Assembly (NCBI GenBank): GCA_041393815.1
Contig: JAWKJK010000002.1
Coordinates: forward strand, 620,916 to 684,915
DNA length: 64,000 nt
Reading direction: 5' to 3'
DNA from: Candidatus Nanopelagicales bacterium
GTDB taxonomy: Bacteria > Actinomycetota > Actinomycetes > S36-B12 > JAWKJK01
Below the pieces are notes generated by a model, which was not told the DNA's origin, searched no databases, and was given only the letters and a program-made list of their open reading frames with translations. The translations under genes were made by a program, and so were the position numbers. This document shows, in pieces, positions 16,594-26,824 of this stretch (position 1 is the first letter of the stretch; every line of letters starts with the position of its first letter).

Positions 16594-18381
16594 TCACGGG
16601 TTCATCGTGTAGACGCCGTCGTACGACAGCGCCTCCCCGACGAACGCGTGCTCGAGCGACGGCTCCACCACCGGGCGCGCGACCAGGGCCAGCGCCCCCT
16701 TCTGCTGCTCGGGAGTCGCGGAGGCGCGACCGTGCAGGCGCACCGCGGCGTCCGACACGTCCTGGACGAAGACCGCGAAGATCCGGTCGACGTGGTCCTC
16801 GGTGAGGTCGGACAGGTCGCTGACCCCGCCGGTGCGAGCGCCGTCGGGAGCGCCGTCGAGCGCCAGCGCGGCGGCCTCGCAGACCAGCTGGGCGTAGACG
16901 ACCTGGGTGAAGATCTCGCCCAGCGACAGCATCAGGTCCAGGTCGGACTGCTGCTCCTTCGACGGGGGAGCCGAGGTCACCAGGCCGGCGAAGGCCTCGA
17001 TCTGGTCGAGGAACACGGCGACGTTCGCCAGGTGCGAGAACCGTGCGAACGCGGGACGGAAGTCCTCGAACCGAATACTGCCGAGCCCGGATGCAGGGCC
17101 CTGGGCGAACAGGTATGCGTCGTCCGCGGGGTCGCGACGGACCGGCACCGGCTCGTACGAACCGGCCAGACCCATGGTGGCGCCGAAGTAGGCCGGCAGG
17201 AACTTCAGCACCAGCGCGAGGTTCACGTGCACGGTCCCCTCGAGCTTGGGCAGCGCGCGGATGTGCGCGACCGCCTGCTCGAAGTACATGTCCTTCTCGA
17301 AGCCGCGCGCCGCGATGACCTCCCAGAGCAGGTCGATCACGCGCTCGCCCTCGCTGGTCACCTTCATCTTCGTGATCGGGTTGAACAGCAGGAAGCGACG
17401 GTCCTCCGGGGACGCCGAGCGCAGGTAGTCCGCGCTGCGGGCGGCGTACATCTTCATCGCCAGCAGGCGGGCGTACGCGTCGCCGATCATGCGGCGCACG
17501 TGCGGGAAGTCGGTGACCCGAGTGCCGTAGAGGATCCGGTTGTGCGCGTGCGCGACGGCCTCGTAGAAGGCGTGCTCGCTGATGCCGATGCTGGCCCAGC
17601 CGAGGTTGACCTTGCCGACGTTGACGGTGCCGAGCGCCGCGTCCCAGGCCGGCTTCCCGATGTGCAGCAACGCATCCGGAGCGACGGGGTAGGCGTCGAG
17701 GGCGAACTGGGCGACGAACATCTGCGAGTGCACGACGTTCTTGATGAGGCGGTACTCGTCCCGTGACGGGTCAACGAGGAAGAACACGTACTCGCCGGGG
17801 TGCTCGGGGTCGTCGTCGGCGAACCGGCCGAAGACCGACAGGCGGCCGGCGGCGTTGCCGTTGCCGATGTAGTACTTCTCCCCGGTGGCGGTCCAGCCCC
17901 CGTCCTCGCTGCGGGTGAGCACCATGTCGGTGGAGTAGATGTCGGCGCCGTGGGTCCGCTCGGACAGCCCGAAGCCGAAGATCGCCCCGTCGGCGAGCAG
18001 CCGGCCCACCTCGGCGCGGGCCTCGGCGTTGTCGCTGATCCAGACCGGCCCGAGGCCGAGGACTGTCACCTGCCAGGCGTACCAGTGCGACAGCGAGTAG
18101 AAGCCGAGGATCTCGTTCAGCTCGTTGATGCGCGCGGTGTCCCACGCGGCGTCCTCCGCGCCGATGGCCGCGCCCACCGACGCTGGGGTGCCGAAGCGGG
18201 CGAACAGGCCCTCCTTCGCGAGGAAGTCCAGGAAGTCGGTGTACCAGGACGCGGCGTGGTACTCGTCCTTGACCTCGGCCAGGCCCTTGGCCTCGAAGAA
18301 GTCGACCAGCGCGCGCAGCTGGCGGCGCGACTCGGGGTCGAGGTGCGTCGGGTCGTACGTGGCCGGGTCGAACAGCAGCAT
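16594..18381 (-). CDS. acyl-CoA dehydrogenase family protein (long, about 595 aa)
   Basis: Length and an ACAD-like core (GFGLSERTHGADIYSTDMVL, GEKYYIGNGN). RBS GGGAG lies before the ATG. Confidence 0.75.
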   Translation of the reverse strand: MLLFDPATYDPTHLDPESRRQLRALVDFFEAKGLAEVKDEYHAASWYTDFLDFLAKEGLFARFGTPASVGAAIGAEDAAWDTARINELNEILGFYSLSHWYAWQVTVLGLGPVWISDNAEARAEVGRLLADGAIFGFGLSERTHGADIYSTDMVLTRSEDGGWTATGEKYYIGNGNAAGRLSVFGRFADDDPEHPGEYVFFLVDPSRDEYRLIKNVVHSQMFVAQFALDAYPVAPDALLHIGKPAWDAALGTVNVGKVNLGWASIGISEHAFYEAVAHAHNRILYGTRVTDFPHVRRMIGDAYARLLAMKMYAARSADYLRSASPEDRRFLLFNPITKMKVTSEGERVIDLLWEVIAARGFEKDMYFEQAVAHIRALPKLEGTVHVNLALVLKFLPAYFGATMGLAGSYEPVPVRRDPADDAYLFAQGPASGLGSIRFEDFRPAFARFSHLANVAVFLDQIEAFAGLVTSAPPSKEQQSDLDLMLSLGEIFTQVVYAQLVCEAAALALDGAPDGARTGGVSDLSDLTEDHVDRIFAVFVQDVSDAAVRLHGRASATPEQQKGALALVARPVVEPSLEHAFVGEALSYDGVYTMNP

Positions 18382-18412
18382 TCCGGGCTCCCTCGCGTCG
18401 GTGTGCAGGGGA

Positions 18413-18430
18413 TGTTACCGACCGGTAACA
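18413..18430. promoter_or_regulatory. perfect 18-bp palindrome TGTTACCGACCGGTAACA upstream of the acyl-CoA dehydrogenase gene (candidate operator)
   Basis: Located 32-49 nt upstream of ATG 18381 on the minus strand. It overlaps a -10-like TAACAT. Confidence 0.45.
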
Positions 18431-18487
18431 GCAGTCGTCCCGTGGACCCCGCTCCTGGCCAGGGACACGCCGCTGGCCAAGGACCTG

Positions 18488-19873
18488 CTACTGGCCCAGG
18501 AACCGGCCGAACGCGCGGGCCCGCAGGCTCGGCCGGCCGGTCCTGCCCTCCACGTCGTCCGCGGTGCCCATCGCCCACAGCCCGGCGTTGGCCCCCATCC
18601 ACCGCAGCGGCTCGGGCTCCCAGCGCCGCGACCGGTGCCCCACCCACGGCAGCGTCGTCAGGTCGGTGTCGCGGCGCAGGATCAGGTCCGCCAGGGTGCG
18701 GCCTGCCAGGTTCGACGTCCCCACCCCGTCCCCGACGTAGCCACCGGCCTGCGCCACCCCGGTGACCGGGTCGAAGCTGCAGGAGGAGTACCAGTCCCGG
18801 GGCACGCCCAGCGGTCCTCCCCAGGTATGCGTGACGGCGTGCGGCCGCAGCACCGGGAACAGGTCGCACAGGACCTGCCACAGGCCGGCGTAGACCGCGG
18901 CGTCGCGGTCGTGCTCGGGTCGGATCGACGAGGCGAAGTGGTACGGGGCGCCGCGGCCGCCGAACGCCAGTCGGTCGTCGGCGGTCCGCTGGCCGTAGAT
19001 GATCAGACGGCGGCCGTCGCTGAACGTCGGCCGGTCGGAGAGGTGGATCCGGTCCCACACCTCCGCCGGCAGCGGCTCGGTCGCCAGCATCAGCGAGTAC
19101 ACCGGGAGCAGGTCGCGCTGGTAGCCGGGCAGCGTGGCGGTGTAGCCCTCGGTGGCGCGCACCACCACCGGGGCGCGGACGTCGCCGTGCTCGGTCCGCA
19201 CGATGCCGGGCTCCAGGGACGTCACCCGGGTGGACTCGTGGATCACGCCCCCGCGCCGCTCGACCGCGTCGGCGATCCCGCGGACCAGCCGGGCCGGGTG
19301 GATCGCTGCACAGTGCGGCGTGAAGACCGCGCCCAGGACGTCGGTGGCGCCGACCCGCTCCTGGGCCTCCTCCGGGCCCAGCAGCGCGTAGTCCTGCGGG
19401 CCGAACCCCCACGAGCGCCACTCCTCGACCTCGGCGCGGGCCTGCTCGCGCTGCAGGCCGGTCCGGGCCAGCACCACGGTGCCCGCCTTGGCCCACTGCA
19501 CGTCGAGGCCCTCCGCGTGCGCGACCCGGCCGACCTCGTCGACCGTGTCGTGCATGGCGCGCTGCATGCGGACGGCCGCGTCGCGCGAGGAGCCACGGGC
19601 GATCTTGGCCAGGCTGGCCGGGAACAGCGCCGAGCACCACCCGCCGTTGCGGCCGCTGGCCCCGAAGCCCGCGGTCTCCGCCTCCAGGACCACGACGCGC
19701 AGGGTCGGGTCGAGTCCGAGCAGGTAGTACGCGGTCCACAGCCCGGTGTAGCCGGCGCCCACGATGGCCACGTCCGCGTCCCGGTCGCCCGGCAGCGCGG
19801 CGCGGGTCCGGACCGGGCCGGGCAGGGTGTCCCACCACAGCGACAGCCGTCGCAGCCGGGTCTCCTCGGTCAC
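18488..19873 (-). CDS. FAD-dependent oxidoreductase (DadA/PuuB-like amine oxidoreductase)
   Basis: Dinucleotide fold DVAIVGAGYTGLWTAYYL and FGASGRNGG. Paralogue of the 38001-39419 gene. The GTG start overlaps the upstream stop (GTGA). Confidence 0.85.
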   Translation of the reverse strand: MTEETRLRRLSLWWDTLPGPVRTRAALPGDRDADVAIVGAGYTGLWTAYYLLGLDPTLRVVVLEAETAGFGASGRNGGWCSALFPASLAKIARGSSRDAAVRMQRAMHDTVDEVGRVAHAEGLDVQWAKAGTVVLARTGLQREQARAEVEEWRSWGFGPQDYALLGPEEAQERVGATDVLGAVFTPHCAAIHPARLVRGIADAVERRGGVIHESTRVTSLEPGIVRTEHGDVRAPVVVRATEGYTATLPGYQRDLLPVYSLMLATEPLPAEVWDRIHLSDRPTFSDGRRLIIYGQRTADDRLAFGGRGAPYHFASSIRPEHDRDAAVYAGLWQVLCDLFPVLRPHAVTHTWGGPLGVPRDWYSSCSFDPVTGVAQAGGYVGDGVGTSNLAGRTLADLILRRDTDLTTLPWVGHRSRRWEPEPLRWMGANAGLWAMGTADDVEGRTGRPSLRARAFGRFLGQ

Positions 19874-20577
19874 GTCGCCTCCGCTCGTCGCAGCGGGTGG
19901 TCCAGCACGTAGTCCGGCACCGGCCGGACCGGGTCCAGGTCGGGGGCGTCGACCGGATCGCCCGCGACGGTGCGCAAGGGCAGCACGCCCGCCCACACCG
20001 GCCGGCCGAGGTCCTCCGCCGCGTCGTCGGGCGGACCGGCCGCGGCCTTCACCGACGTCTCGGTGAGCGGGAGGCGCACGACCAGGGTGGCCGCGAGCTC
20101 CTTGCGGCTGGGCCCGCGGGCCTCGTCGACCCGGCCGGGCAGGAGACGGGCCGACAGCGTCAGCAGGGCCGCGACCTTCTCCTCCTCGGGCACGGGGACG
20201 GCTCGCCCCAGCACCATCGCGCTGCGGTACTGCATCGAGGACTCGAACAGGCTGCGGGCGTAGACCAGCCCGTCCAGCAGGGTCACGGTCACGCACACGG
20301 GGTCACCGTCCGCCAGCCGGCGGAACAGCCGGCTGCCGGTGGACCCGTGCAGCAGCAGCGTGTCGCCGTCGCGCGCGTAGGCGCACGGCAGCGCGTACGG
20401 CTGACCGTCGTCGGCGAGCGCGACGTGGGCGACGAGACCGGCGTCGAGCACGTCGTAGAGCGCCTGCCGGTCGTGGACGGCCTTCTCCGGAAGCCGTCGT
20501 ACCCGCGTCCGGGCCGTGGAGCCGGGTACGACGGCGTCGACGGACGCCGTCGACGCGTCGGGGGTGGGGGCGGTCAC
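19870..20577 (-). CDS. pyridoxamine 5'-phosphate oxidase-like flavoprotein (split-barrel family)
   Basis: PNPOx-like/COG3467-type pattern (ALYDVLDAGLVAHVAL...YARDGDTLLLHGSTGSR...SAMVLG). Confidence 0.7.
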   Translation of the reverse strand: MTAPTPDASTASVDAVVPGSTARTRVRRLPEKAVHDRQALYDVLDAGLVAHVALADDGQPYALPCAYARDGDTLLLHGSTGSRLFRRLADGDPVCVTVTLLDGLVYARSLFESSMQYRSAMVLGRAVPVPEEEKVAALLTLSARLLPGRVDEARGPSRKELAATLVVRLPLTETSVKAAAGPPDDAAEDLGRPVWAGVLPLRTVAGDPVDAPDLDPVRPVPDYVLDHPLRRAEAT

Positions 20578-20599
20578 GCGCGGGGAGCCCGGCGTCCGG

Positions 20600-21997
20600 C
20601 TAGAGGATCTTGAGGGCGCCCTCGAGGACGCTCCGCAGGATCTGCTCGATCTCGTCGAACTCCCGCTGGCCGATGATCAGCGGCGGGGCCAGCTGGATGA
20701 CCGGGTCGCCGCGGTCGTCGGCCCGGCAGTACAGACCGTGGTCGAACAGCGCCTTGGACAGGTAGCCCCGCAGCAGGCGCTCGGACTCGTCGTCGTCGAA
20801 CGTCTCCTTGGTCGCCTTGTCCTTCACCAGCTCGATGCCGTAGAAGAACCCGGCCCCGCGTACGTCCCCGACGATCGGGAGGTCCAGCAGGCGCTCCAGC
20901 GTCGAGCGGAACGCGCCCTCGTTGTCCCGGACGTGCTGGTTGATGCCCTCGCGCTCGAAGATGTCCATGTTGGCCAGCGCCGCCGCAGCCGAGACCGGGT
21001 GCCCGGCCCAGGTGTATCCGTGCAGGAACGCGGTCGTCCCCGTGCGGAACGGCTCGAACAGCTTGTCGCCCACCACCATCGCGCCCATCGGCGCGTAGCC
21101 GGAGGTGAGGCCCTTGGCGAAGGTGATGATGTCGGGCTCGACGCCGAAGCGGCGGGTGGCGAAGTAGTCGCCGATCCGGCCGAACGCGGTGATGGTCTCG
21201 TCCGCGACGAACAGCACGTCGTAGCGGTCGCAGATCTCGCGCACCCGCTCCAGGTAGCCGGGCGGCGGCGGGAAGCAGCCGCCGGAGTTCTGCACCGGCT
21301 CGAGGAACACCGCGGCCACCGTGTCGGGGCCCTCGAACTCGATCGCCTCCGCGATCCGGTCCGCGGCCCACCGGCCGAACGCCTCGATGTCGTCGCCGTG
21401 CTCGGTGGCGCGGTAGAAGTTGGTGTTGGGCACCTTGATCGCCGACGGGACCAGCGGCTCGAACGGCGCCTTGGCCCCGGGGATCCCGGTGATGGACAGC
21501 GCTCCCTGCGGGGTGCCGTGGTAGGCGACCGAGCGGCTGATGACCTTGTGCTTGGTGGGCTGGCCGGTGAGCTTGAAGTACTGCTTGGCCAGCTTCCACG
21601 CGCTCTCGACGGCCTCGCCGCCACCGGTGGTGAAGAACACCCGGTTGAGTCCGCCCGGCGCGACGTCGGCGAGCCTCTCGGCCAGCTCGATGGCCTTGGG
21701 ATGGGCGTACGACCACAGCGGGAAGAACGCCAGCTCGCTGGCCTGCTTGGCCATCGCCTCGGCGATCTCGGTGCGGCCGTGACCCACCTGGTTGACGAAC
21801 AACCCCGCCAGGCCATCGAGGTAGCGGTTGCCCTGGTCGTCCCAGATGTACGCGCCCTCACCGCGGACGATGACGGGGACGTGGTGGCCCTCGTCGTAGA
21901 CCGAGTGGCGGGTGAAGTGCATCCACAGGTGGTCGCGGGCGCGGTCGGCCAGGTTGTCGTCGCCGGGCTCGGTGACGTACTGCGGAGTGACGGTCAT
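20600..21997 (-). CDS. class III (omega) aminotransferase
   Basis: PLP-enzyme motifs LFVADETITAFGRIG and ITFAKGLTSGY (Lys). Full-length similarity to putrescine or beta-alanine:pyruvate aminotransferases. Confidence 0.9.
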   Translation of the reverse strand: MTVTPQYVTEPGDDNLADRARDHLWMHFTRHSVYDEGHHVPVIVRGEGAYIWDDQGNRYLDGLAGLFVNQVGHGRTEIAEAMAKQASELAFFPLWSYAHPKAIELAERLADVAPGGLNRVFFTTGGGEAVESAWKLAKQYFKLTGQPTKHKVISRSVAYHGTPQGALSITGIPGAKAPFEPLVPSAIKVPNTNFYRATEHGDDIEAFGRWAADRIAEAIEFEGPDTVAAVFLEPVQNSGGCFPPPPGYLERVREICDRYDVLFVADETITAFGRIGDYFATRRFGVEPDIITFAKGLTSGYAPMGAMVVGDKLFEPFRTGTTAFLHGYTWAGHPVSAAAALANMDIFEREGINQHVRDNEGAFRSTLERLLDLPIVGDVRGAGFFYGIELVKDKATKETFDDDESERLLRGYLSKALFDHGLYCRADDRGDPVIQLAPPLIIGQREFDEIEQILRSVLEGALKIL

Positions 21998-22467
21998 CGG
22001 GTTCCCCAGGTGTAGATCTGCTTGCGGAGCTTGAGGTAGACGAAGGTCTCAGTGACGCGGACCCCCGGGATGGAGCGGATCCGGCGGTTGACGATCTCGA
22101 GCAGGTGCTCGTCGTCCTCGGCGACGACCTCGGCGAGGATGTCGTAGCCGCCGGCAGTGATCACCAGGTAGTCGATCTCGGGCATCGACTCCAGCTTCTC
22201 GGCGACGATCTCGATGTCGCCCTCCACCCGTACGCCGATCATCGCGGCGCGCGGGAAGCCCACCTGGAGCGGGTCGGTGACCGCGACGATCTGCATCACG
22301 CCGGAGTCGAGGAGGCGCTGCACCCGCTGGCGCACCGCGGCCTCGGACAGGCCGACCGCCTTGCCGATGGCGGCGTAGGGGCGCCGGCCGTCCTCCTGCA
22401 GCTGCTCGATGATCGCCTTGGAGACGTCGTCCAGCGGCACGGAGCCGATGCGTTCGCGGGATGCCAC
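21994..22467 (-). CDS. Lrp/AsnC family transcriptional regulator
   Basis: HTH LDDVSKAIIEQLQEDGRRPYAAIGKAVGLSEAAVRQRVQRL plus a RAM domain. The stop overlaps the aminotransferase ATG (ATGA). GTG 22467 was chosen as the start. Confidence 0.85.
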   Translation of the reverse strand: MASRERIGSVPLDDVSKAIIEQLQEDGRRPYAAIGKAVGLSEAAVRQRVQRLLDSGVMQIVAVTDPLQVGFPRAAMIGVRVEGDIEIVAEKLESMPEIDYLVITAGGYDILAEVVAEDDEHLLEIVNRRIRSIPGVRVTETFVYLKLRKQIYTWGTR

Positions 22468-22499
22468 CCGGGCATCGTGGGGGATCGATCGGCGGAAAG

Positions 22500-22541
22500 C
22501 AAGCGAATCCGTAGGTTGAAGGGGGATATTGCGCGGATTCG
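22500..22541 (+). promoter_or_regulatory. shared cis-element, copy 1 (CAAG-CGAATCCG-N22-CGGATTCG)
   Basis: 8-bp inverted arms at 22504-22511 and 22534-22541. The first 22 nt match the reverse complement of 31993-32014 at 19 of 22 positions. Confidence 0.5.
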
Positions 22542-22646
22542 GTGGCAATCTACCGTCAGACCTGTCGAGAACGGCACCTGAATGGATAGGGTGACGGCCG
22601 CGCCGACCGGCGCCCTCGACCCCACACCACCGACCGGGAGTCCCGC

Positions 22647-24113
22647 GTGAGCGACAAGCGCGCCGTACGCAACTTCGTGGGCGGCCAGAGCGTCGACGCC
22701 GTCGACGGCCGCACCACCGACCTGTTCAACCCCACGACCGGCGAGGTCTTCGCGTCCGCCGCGCTGTCCAGCGCCGAGGACATCGACCGCGCGTACCAGA
22801 CCGCCCTGCGCGCCTTCGAGGGCGACGGGGAGACCAAGGGCTGGCGCGACTCCACCCCGTCGGAGCGCCAGAAGGCGCTGCTCACCATCGCCGACACGCT
22901 CGAGGCCCACGCCGACGAGCTGGTCGCGCTGGAGAGCGAGAACACCGGCAAGCCGATCCCGGTCACCATGTCCGAAGAGATCCCCCCGATGATCGACCAG
23001 ATCCGCTTCTTCGCGGGGGCGGCGCGGGTGCTCGAGGGCCGGGCTGCCGGGGAGTACATGGAGGGCTTCACCTCCATGATCCGGCGCGAGCCGATCGGCG
23101 TCGTCGGCCAGGTGACGCCGTGGAACTACCCGATGATGATGGCGGTCTGGAAGTTCGCCCCCGCCATTGCCGCGGGCAACACGGTGGTGCTCAAGCCCAG
23201 CGACACCACGCCGGTGTCGACGGTACGGATGGCCGAGCTGATCGCCGAGTCCGGCGCGCTGCCCGACGGCGTCATGAACGTGGTGTGCGGCGACCGCGAC
23301 ACCGGTGCCGCGATGACGGCGCACAAGATCCCGCAGATGCTGGCCATCACCGGCTCCGTGCGGGCGGGCATGAGCGTCGCCGAGGCCGGCGCCCGCGACG
23401 TGAAGCGGGTGCACCTGGAGCTGGGCGGCAAGGCGCCGGTCGTCATCTTCGACGACGCCGACCTCGAGGCCGCCGCCGAGTGGCTCGCCGTGGCCGGCTA
23501 CTTCAACGCCGGCCAGGACTGCACCGCGGCCACCCGCATGCTGGTCGCCCCGGGCGTGTACGAGGACTTCGTCACCGTGATGTCCGAGGCCGCCAAGGGC
23601 ACCGCGACCACGTTCGAGGAGGGTCCGGCCGGCGAGGGCCTGGTTCCCCCGGTCAACAACGTGCACCAGATGGAGCGGGTCCTGGGCTTCCTCGACCGCG
23701 CCCCCGCGCACTCCGAGATCGTCGTCGGCGGCAAGCGCCTGGGCGACCGGGGCTTCTACGTCGAGCCGACCGTCGTCGCGCACCTGATGCAGGACGACGA
23801 GATGATCCAGAACGAGATCTTCGGGCCGGTCATCACCATCCAGAAGTTCTCCGACGAGGACGAGGCCGTGCGCTGGGCCAACGGCGTCAACTACGGCCTG
23901 GCATCGTCGGTGTGGACGAAGGACTTCGGCCGGGCGATGCGGATGGCCAAGCGGCTGGACTTCGGATGCGTGTGGATCAACACCCACATCCCGCTGGTCG
24001 CCGAGATGCCGCACGGTGGCTTCAAGCACTCCGGCTACGGCAAGGACCTGTCGATGTACGGGTTCGAGGACTACACCCGGATCAAGCACGTCATGGCCAG
24101 CCTCGACAGCTGA
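22647..24113 (+). CDS. aldehyde dehydrogenase (gamma-aminobutyraldehyde/betaine-aldehyde dehydrogenase-like)
   Basis: Catalytic Glu in HLELGGKAP and Cys in [18 protein letters not shown]. Confidence 0.9.
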   Translation: MSDKRAVRNFVGGQSVDAVDGRTTDLFNPTTGEVFASAALSSAEDIDRAYQTALRAFEGDGETKGWRDSTPSERQKALLTIADTLEAHADELVALESENTGKPIPVTMSEEIPPMIDQIRFFAGAARVLEGRAAGEYMEGFTSMIRREPIGVVGQVTPWNYPMMMAVWKFAPAIAAGNTVVLKPSDTTPVSTVRMAELIAESGALPDGVMNVVCGDRDTGAAMTAHKIPQMLAITGSVRAGMSVAEAGARDVKRVHLELGGKAPVVIFDDADLEAAAEWLAVAGYFNAGQDCTAATRMLVAPGVYEDFVTVMSEAAKGTATTFEEGPAGEGLVPPVNNVHQMERVLGFLDRAPAHSEIVVGGKRLGDRGFYVEPTVVAHLMQDDEMIQNEIFGPVITIQKFSDEDEAVRWANGVNYGLASSVWTKDFGRAMRMAKRLDFGCVWINTHIPLVAEMPHGGFKHSGYGKDLSMYGFEDYTRIKHVMASLDS

Positions 24114-24160
24114 CCCCCGGTCGGGCCGGGGCCCCCGTCCCCGGGTTCCCCGGCCCTTCC

Positions 24161-24222
24161 CGCGAGTGGAGGGTTGTGGTCGAAGTCGATCGATCGACTT
24201 CGACCACAATCCTCCACTCGCG
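24161..24222. repeat. 62-bp near-perfect palindrome between convergent genes
   Basis: 31-bp arms with no loop and a single G:T mismatch (24173/24210), centred on TCGATCGATCGA. Confidence 0.95.
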
Positions 24223-24284
24223 CGTTGGAGGGACGCGTGGGGGGTCTGCGACGTGCGATCGTCCCCTGCGACCGGCCCCAGGGG

Positions 24285-25316
24285 CTAGGACTTGGCGAGC
24301 AGGTGCTCGCGGACGGCGGGCATCACCCGGTCGCCGTACGCCTGCAGGGTCGCGTCGTTGTCGTCGTGCTGCAGGTACAGCGCGAACTGGTCCGCCCCGA
24401 GTGCCTGCAGCTCCTTGAGCCGCTCGACCTGGGTCTCGACCGGGCCGATCAGGCAGAAGCGTTCCACGATGGAGTCCGGCACGAAGTCGGTGTGGGTGTT
24501 GCCGGCCCGGCCGTGCTCGTTGTAGTCGTAGCCCTGCCGCCCCTGGATGTAGTCGGTGAGCGCCTGCGGCACCGCGGCGCCGTCCGCGCCGTAGCGCGCG
24601 ACGATGTCGGCGACGTGGTTGCCCACCATCCCACCGAACCACCGGCACTGGTCGACCGCGTGCGCGTGCGACTCGGCCGAGCCGTCGGTGACGTAGGCGG
24701 GTGCGGCCACGCAGATCCGCACCGAGTCCGGGTCCCGGCCGGCCTCCGCGGCGGCACGCCGCACGGCGGCGATGCTCCACTCGGCGATGGCGGGGTCGGC
24801 CAGCTGCAGGATGAAGCCGTCGCCCACCTCGCCGGCCAGCGCGAGCGCCTTGGGGCCGTAGGCGGCGACGTAGATGGGCAGCCGGCTGTCGGGGTTCCAG
24901 GTGAACCGCAGGTGCGAGCCCTTGTACTCCGCGGCCTCCCCGTTGGCCAGCGCGTGGATCACGCCGACCGCCTCGCGCAGCTCGGCCAGCGTGACCGGCT
25001 TGCCGTTGGTCACCCGCACCGCGGAGTCACCGCGCCCGATCCCGCACACCGTGCGGTTGCCGTACATCTCGTTCAGCGTCGCGAACACCGACGCGGTCAC
25101 CGTCCAGTCCCGCGTCGCGGGGTTGGTGACCATCGGGCCCACCGTCACCTTGCGGGTGGCGGCGAGGATCGCGCTGTAGATGACGTACGGCTCCTCCCAC
25201 AGCAGGTGCGAGTCGAACGTCCACACGTGCGAGAAGCCGAGCAGCTCGGCCTGGCGGGCGTACTCCACGACGCGCGCGGCCGGCGGGTTGCACTGCAGAA
25301 CGACGCCGAAGTCCAT
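24285..25316 (-). CDS. luciferase-like (LLM) flavin/F420-dependent oxidoreductase
   Basis: LLM fold pattern (MDFGVVLQCNP..., FSHVWTFDSHLLWEEPY, GIGRGDSAVR). RBS GGAGG lies before the ATG. Confidence 0.82.
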   Translation of the reverse strand: MDFGVVLQCNPPAARVVEYARQAELLGFSHVWTFDSHLLWEEPYVIYSAILAATRKVTVGPMVTNPATRDWTVTASVFATLNEMYGNRTVCGIGRGDSAVRVTNGKPVTLAELREAVGVIHALANGEAAEYKGSHLRFTWNPDSRLPIYVAAYGPKALALAGEVGDGFILQLADPAIAEWSIAAVRRAAAEAGRDPDSVRICVAAPAYVTDGSAESHAHAVDQCRWFGGMVGNHVADIVARYGADGAAVPQALTDYIQGRQGYDYNEHGRAGNTHTDFVPDSIVERFCLIGPVETQVERLKELQALGADQFALYLQHDDNDATLQAYGDRVMPAVREHLLAKS

Positions 25317-25327
25317 CGCCGGCCTCC

Positions 25328-25352
25328 TGGGTTCGGATGGGTTCAGATGGGT

Positions 25353-25357
<5 letters not shown>
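25328..25357 (-). repeat. 10-bp tandem repeat x3 spanning the dihydropyrimidinase stop codon
   Basis: GGGTTCGGAT GGGTTCAGAT GGGTTCAGAT. On the coding strand this reads ATCTGAACCC x2 followed by ATCCGAACCC, running into the RBS of the next gene. Confidence 0.85.
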
Positions 25358-26771
<1,414 letters not shown>

Positions 26772-26824
26772 GTCGGGTTCCTCCCGGCGGTGCGGGTGGG
26801 TCGTGGGGCCTGGAACGGGGTGAG

